Positions 59,560-64,000 of a stretch of DNA of 64,000 nt are shown here, in pieces (the stretch's first letter is position 1; each line of letters opens with the position of its first letter). The DNA lies in assembly GCA_051313645.2 (NCBI GenBank), contig JBNRSN020000003.1, forward strand, positions 439,890,001 to 439,954,000, given 5' to 3'. A program made the translations under genes and the position numbers. The DNA comes from Centroscyllium fabricii. Its lineage: Eukaryota. The notes under the pieces were generated by a model. It did not search any database. It saw only the letters and a program-made list of their open reading frames with translations, and had not been told where the DNA came from.

Positions 59560-59937
59560 ATAGAAACATAGAAGATAGGAGCAGGAGTAGGCCGTTCGGC
59601 CCTGCGAGCCTGCTCCGCCATTCAATGAGATCATGGCTGATCATCCAAACTCAGTACCCTGTCCGTGCTTTCTCCCCATATCCCTTGATCCCTTTAGCCT
59701 TAAGAAATATATCTAACTCCTTCTTGAATATATTTAATGAACTGGCCTCAACTGCCTTCTGTGGTAGAGAATTCCACAGGTTCACCACTCTCTGGGTGAA
59801 GAAATTACTCCTCATCTCTGTCCTAAATGGCTTACCCTTTATCCTTAGACTGTGACCCCTGGTTCTGGACTCCCCCACCGTCGGGAACATCCTTCCTGCA
59901 TCGAGTCTGTCTAGTCCTGTTAGAATTTTATAAGTTT
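59560..59937 (-). mobile_element. CR1 3' end
   Basis: ORF 59651-59962 has CR1 C-terminal motifs and is followed by the tail. Confidence 0.85.
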
Positions 59938-60334
59938 CAATGTCAAATACTGTGGTTGGCAAGGTTAAATCTGCAGATTAGTGGGTTTAGTATCTTTCTA
60001 TGTTATTTTTAAAGCAGGCTAGATTCATACTGTTTTAGGTGTTGTTGAGGGACAAATGTTGCTCTTCTCCGAATAATGCCACAGGATCTTTTAAGGCCAC
60101 CTGAGAGGGAAGACAGGGCCTCGGTTTAACGTCTCATCTGAAAGATGGCACCTCCGACAGTGCAGCGCTGGAGTATCAACCGAGATTATGTGCTTAAGTC
60201 TCTCGAGTGCGACTTGAACCCACAACCTGCAGACTCAGAGACAAGAGTGCTACCCACTGAGCCACAGCTGCGACCTGAAGTATAATTACGACGTGAAGTA
60301 GCAGAGGACTCCTGGCACTCAGGCCATTATAGGA

Positions 60335-61146
60335 CAATCGGCGCTAATGGGCCGGCGCCGAATTAGCACCAAAATTAGCGCCAGGCACTAAATTGGCATA
60401 GTGATTAGCGCCGGTGCTAAACGTTAGCGCGCACTAATTAGTGATCAGCAATCCTCGTGGAAATGTGTGTGCAACGCCCGCCGGGCTGCGCCCGAAATTG
60501 ACCTTTGCGCCAGTCCACCCCGCCCCGCACTGGCAGCTTCGGCAAGTGCTGCAGCGGGTTTGAGTGGCCGCTGCAGCGCTGCTAAAAGGGCCACCCTCCC
60601 TCTTCAGTCCGAGCGGCCAGCTGATGGGGGGAGTCGGCCCGAGCGGCCAATTGATGAGAGAGCGGGGAGGGGGGCCGCCCGACCTCCCTCCCCGCTCTCT
60701 GATCAGTTGCCGCTCGGGGGCCACCCGACCCCCCCTCGCCACTCTCTGATCAGTTGCCGCTCGGGGGCCACCTGACCCCCCCTCGCCACTCTCTGATCAG
60801 TTGCCGATCGGGGGTCGGGTGACCCCCGATCCAGCAACTGATCAGAGAGCGGGGAGGGGGGTCTGGCAGCCCCTGAACGGCCAATTGATGAGAGAGCGGG
60901 GAGGAAAAGATGCTGCTCTGTTTCCCCTTTAAGACCTATTCAGCTGCAGAGGTCATGAGGAAGCAAGCAGTTGGTGAGGGAGCGCTGCGCCCGGGAACGG
61001 CAATTAGCGGCAAACAATTGGCCGCCTGGAAGCCGTGCAAGACCTGAATTAGCGCCAAAATCTGCAAGGCCGACGCTAACGCCAATATCGGGCACCTCGG
61101 CGTTCATTTTAGCGCCAGAAATCATGCGCTGACGAATTTAGCCCCC
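60335..61146. mobile_element. MITE related to 58723-59559, with internal direct and inverted repeats
   Basis: Shared subterminal blocks (TTAGCGCC; GCTAAxGCxAATATCGGG; TGCGCTGAC). Confidence 0.6.
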
Positions 61147-61547
61147 AATGCCTTCAAGAGAGTATCACGCGCATTATTTAAAAATATATTTTGCTTACTG
61201 TTGGCACAGTTGCACAACACAGACAGCACATATTCCTCCCAGCACGTTTGTTCTGATTATGTCATCAACATTGAACGCATGTGCAAAATAGAAAAATCAA
61301 AAGCATCTCAAAGGTTTTTTTCTCCCCCTGCCTATCTCTCCTGCAGGTGTTGGCTCTGTGCTCAATCTCCCCCCATCTCCATGTACAGTCTGGGGGTGAG
61401 GGGGATGGTAGTGTAAGATTCGGATCAAGGAGAAACTCTCCAACTGTAAGATTTGGATACGGAGAAACTCTAGGCAGAAACAGAATTGAATATAAAGTAA
61501 AAGTTTTAATGGGCCAGAAATTGCAGTCTGTGCATATCAGGTTTAAG

Positions 61548-61990
61548 CTCTGGTGCGACTTTCAGGGTGGAGAGGCCGCAAGCCGGGCTCCGCTTTGGGA
61601 AGGGATTGTCCCGGCTACTGACGGTGAGGGGGGCCAGGGTCCCGCCGAACTCCATTGTCACTCTCTTAAGGTGGCACTGGAAATCCAGTCCCAGTAGGAC
61701 TGGGGCGCACAACTGCTTGAGTAAGTACCGTTTAAAATTATGGTACGCGCCGCCCTTAACCGTGAGCGTGACGGAGCAGTAGCCGGTGACGTCCGCGGTG
61801 TGGGACTGTGAAGCAAGGGAGACTTGGTAGCGCGTGGGCAGGATCTGCAGTCCGTAGCGTTGCGCTGTAGTGGGGTGGATGAAGCTCTCTGTGCTTCCGG
61901 TGTCGAACAGGCAGTTAGTGGCATGGCCGTTGACTTTAATCCCCATCATGGAATTTGATAGGGTGTGCGGCCTAGCCTGATCGACTTTCA
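61548..61990 (-). pseudogene. Isolated Gypsy protease fragment of the same family as 53439-54311
   Basis: CLFDTGSTESFIHP...QLCAPVLLGLDFQ.HL...CGLSTLK aligns by eye with the Mag-like pol. Confidence 0.88.
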
Positions 61991-62240
61991 TACTGATGTG
62001 TTAAAATATGTTAATATGCCTTTTTGTGCTCTGTCTATCTCTGCTAAGGTGAGATGTGGGAGCGATCGGATTTCTCCCTTCCTCCCATATGTGCGTTCTT
62101 TAAGTCAGTCTCTCTTTCACCTGACGAAGGGGCAGAAGCTCCGAAAGCTTGTGATTTCAAATAAAACTGTTGGACTATAACCTGGTGTTGTGTGACTTCT
62201 TGCAATTGTCCACCCCAGTCCAACACCGGCACCTCCACAT
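61990..62240 (+). mobile_element. Penelope-derived terminal repeat with intact hammerhead core (62117-62153)
   Basis: TCAC-CTGACGA-A-GGGGC-AGAA-GCTCC-GAAAGCT-T-GTGA. Confidence 0.75.
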
Positions 62241-62479
62241 CATAGCTAAGTCAACACAGACCAGGGATTAAACTTTGGACCTTCCTGGTAAGTGTGGTTT
62301 GGATAAATCTGCAGAGCCACAGGGTGAGTCTAAGTATGCCATGGATAACCACGTTATGTTTAACGTATAATTTTTAAGTTCGATCCTGATGATGAAACTT
62401 CCTGCTTAAGTAATATTAAATACCCAAGCAATTTAAATGCAGGAAACTTTCACTACTAAATTCTACATTCTTAGGGATT

Positions 62480-63180
62480 TTTAAAAATTCATTCACGGGA
62501 TGTGGATGTCGCTGACAAGGCCAGCATTTATTGCCCATCCCTAGTCGCCCTTGAGAAGGTGGTGGTGAGCTGCCTTCTTGAACCGCTGCAGTCCGTGTGG
62601 TGAAGGTGCCCCCACAGCGCTGTTAGGGAGGGTATTCCAGGATTATGACCCAGCGACGATGAAGGATCGGCCGACATATTTCCAAGTCAGGATGGTGTGT
62701 GACTTGGAGGGGAACTTGGAGGTGGTGGTGTTTCCATGCGCCTGCTGCCCTTGTCCTTCTAGGTGGAAGAGGTTGCCGGTTTGGAAGGTGCTGTCGGAGA
62801 AGCCTTGGCGAGTTGCTGCAATGCATCTTGTAGATGGTACACACAGCAGCTGCGGTGTGCCAGCGATGAAGGACTGAATATTTAAGGTGTTGGATGGGGT
62901 GCCAATCAAGCGGGCTGCTTTGTCTTGGATGGTGTTGAGCTTCTTGAGTGTTGTTGGAGCTGCACTCATCCAGGCAAGTGGAGAGTATTCCCTCACACTC
63001 CTGACTTGTGCCTTGTAGATGGTGGAAAGGCTTTGGGGAATCAGGAGGCGAGACACTTGCCGCAGAATTCCCAGCCTCTGGCCTGCTCTTGTAACCACAA
63101 TATTTTTTGTGGCTGGTCCAGTTAAATTTCTGGTCAATGGTGACCCCCAGGATGTTGATGGTGGGAGACTCGGCAATCAT
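62480..63180 (-). mobile_element. CR1/L2-superfamily LINE 3' fragment
   Basis: YKAQVRSVREYSPLAW motif; homologous to 13790-14470. Confidence 0.85.
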
Positions 63181-64000
63181 ATGAAATTTTTGTCTTTGCT
63201 AATTTCAGCAAAAAATAATAGGAGAGTAAAAGGCAATGGCATAGCACTTTATGTTCACTACTACTTTTTCACACAAATTAGCAAAGGCAGGAATTTCAGC
63301 CTCTTAATGGACTAACAATGTTAAATAAATTACATGCATTACTGGCCCAAGTTTTCTGAGCTGTATAAATTTCTGCCACCTTATATAACAGGCCTTTTAG
63401 TCAGCAACAGTGATATATCTCCTTTAAAAACACACTGGCTTATTTCTGCAATTGCGCGTAGCTGGTTAAGCTTAAAAACACACATTGGTGCAAAAGAACT
63501 ACCCGCTGATATTGCTGGTTGCCACGGAAACGGGCACCATATGGCCATAGCCATTTTCAGAGGTTGCCAGAGGTAGCGGAAACAGTGAAGTGAAAAGAGA
63601 AGCATTAACGAATAATGGCACAGAGGAAATGGCACAGAAAGTTATGTACACAACACTGCACCGGAAATTATGTTAACATCAGCCCACCTCCCCGCATAGT
63701 CACAGATGCCAAACAATATAGCATCACAACCAAGTCCAGTCCTATTTGATAATCCGCACCAATCCTGGAAGCACTGGTTTGTTCTCAATGAAGAAGTCTG
63801 AGTAAGCTCACATCGCTCTGGGCCTTACAGTCAATCCCAATTGAACTGATGACAATTCTTTTCCCAGAATGCTTTTGTATTAGTAAAATTTTTAAAAAAC
63901 CAACTTGCATTTATATGCATTTACACCATACACCAGGTACATGGTACATACTCATGTAACTCGACCAATTTGTCTACCTCATACGTTGCAGGAAAGGATG

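Noticed and set aside
63334-63576. ORF containing GAKELPAD, loosely like CAMSAP SASKELPYD
   Set aside because: Wrong strand and position for CAMSAP1, with no further similarity.

Overview
Repeat-dense vertebrate genomic DNA, very probably from an elasmobranch (shark/ray): it carries HE1-type V-SINEs sharing tails with HER1/CR1 LINEs, plus DeuSINE-like copies. The only host gene I can support is the first coding exon of CAMSAP1 (minus strand, 31967-32144). Its CpG-island promoter contains a degenerate tandem array of NRF1-type motifs, and everything to its left appears to be intron. About 2.3 kb upstream lies a young, ORF-intact 10.8-kb LTR element (35388-46191). It has near-identical 1.69-kb LTRs, a 4-bp TSD, a tRNA-Arg PBS overlapping the gag ATG, and in-frame UGA-CUA gag-pol readthrough. 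Its Pol has a retrovirus-like RT with a tether plus a second RNase H, and there is no env, so it is a candidate lokiretrovirus-like or basal retrovirus-like lineage. A second, degenerate Mag-like Gypsy element (50898-58394) has no tRNA PBS. Instead it has a perfect 15-nt complement to its own LTR poly(A) signal, suggesting self-priming and/or poly(A) occlusion. The rest is CR1/L2/Rex/RTE/Penelope fragments (several with minimal hammerhead ribozymes), hAT/Tc1-mariner/Harbinger-type MITEs, a solo LTR and minisatellites. Coordinates were read by eye, and boundaries of old repeats are approximate.
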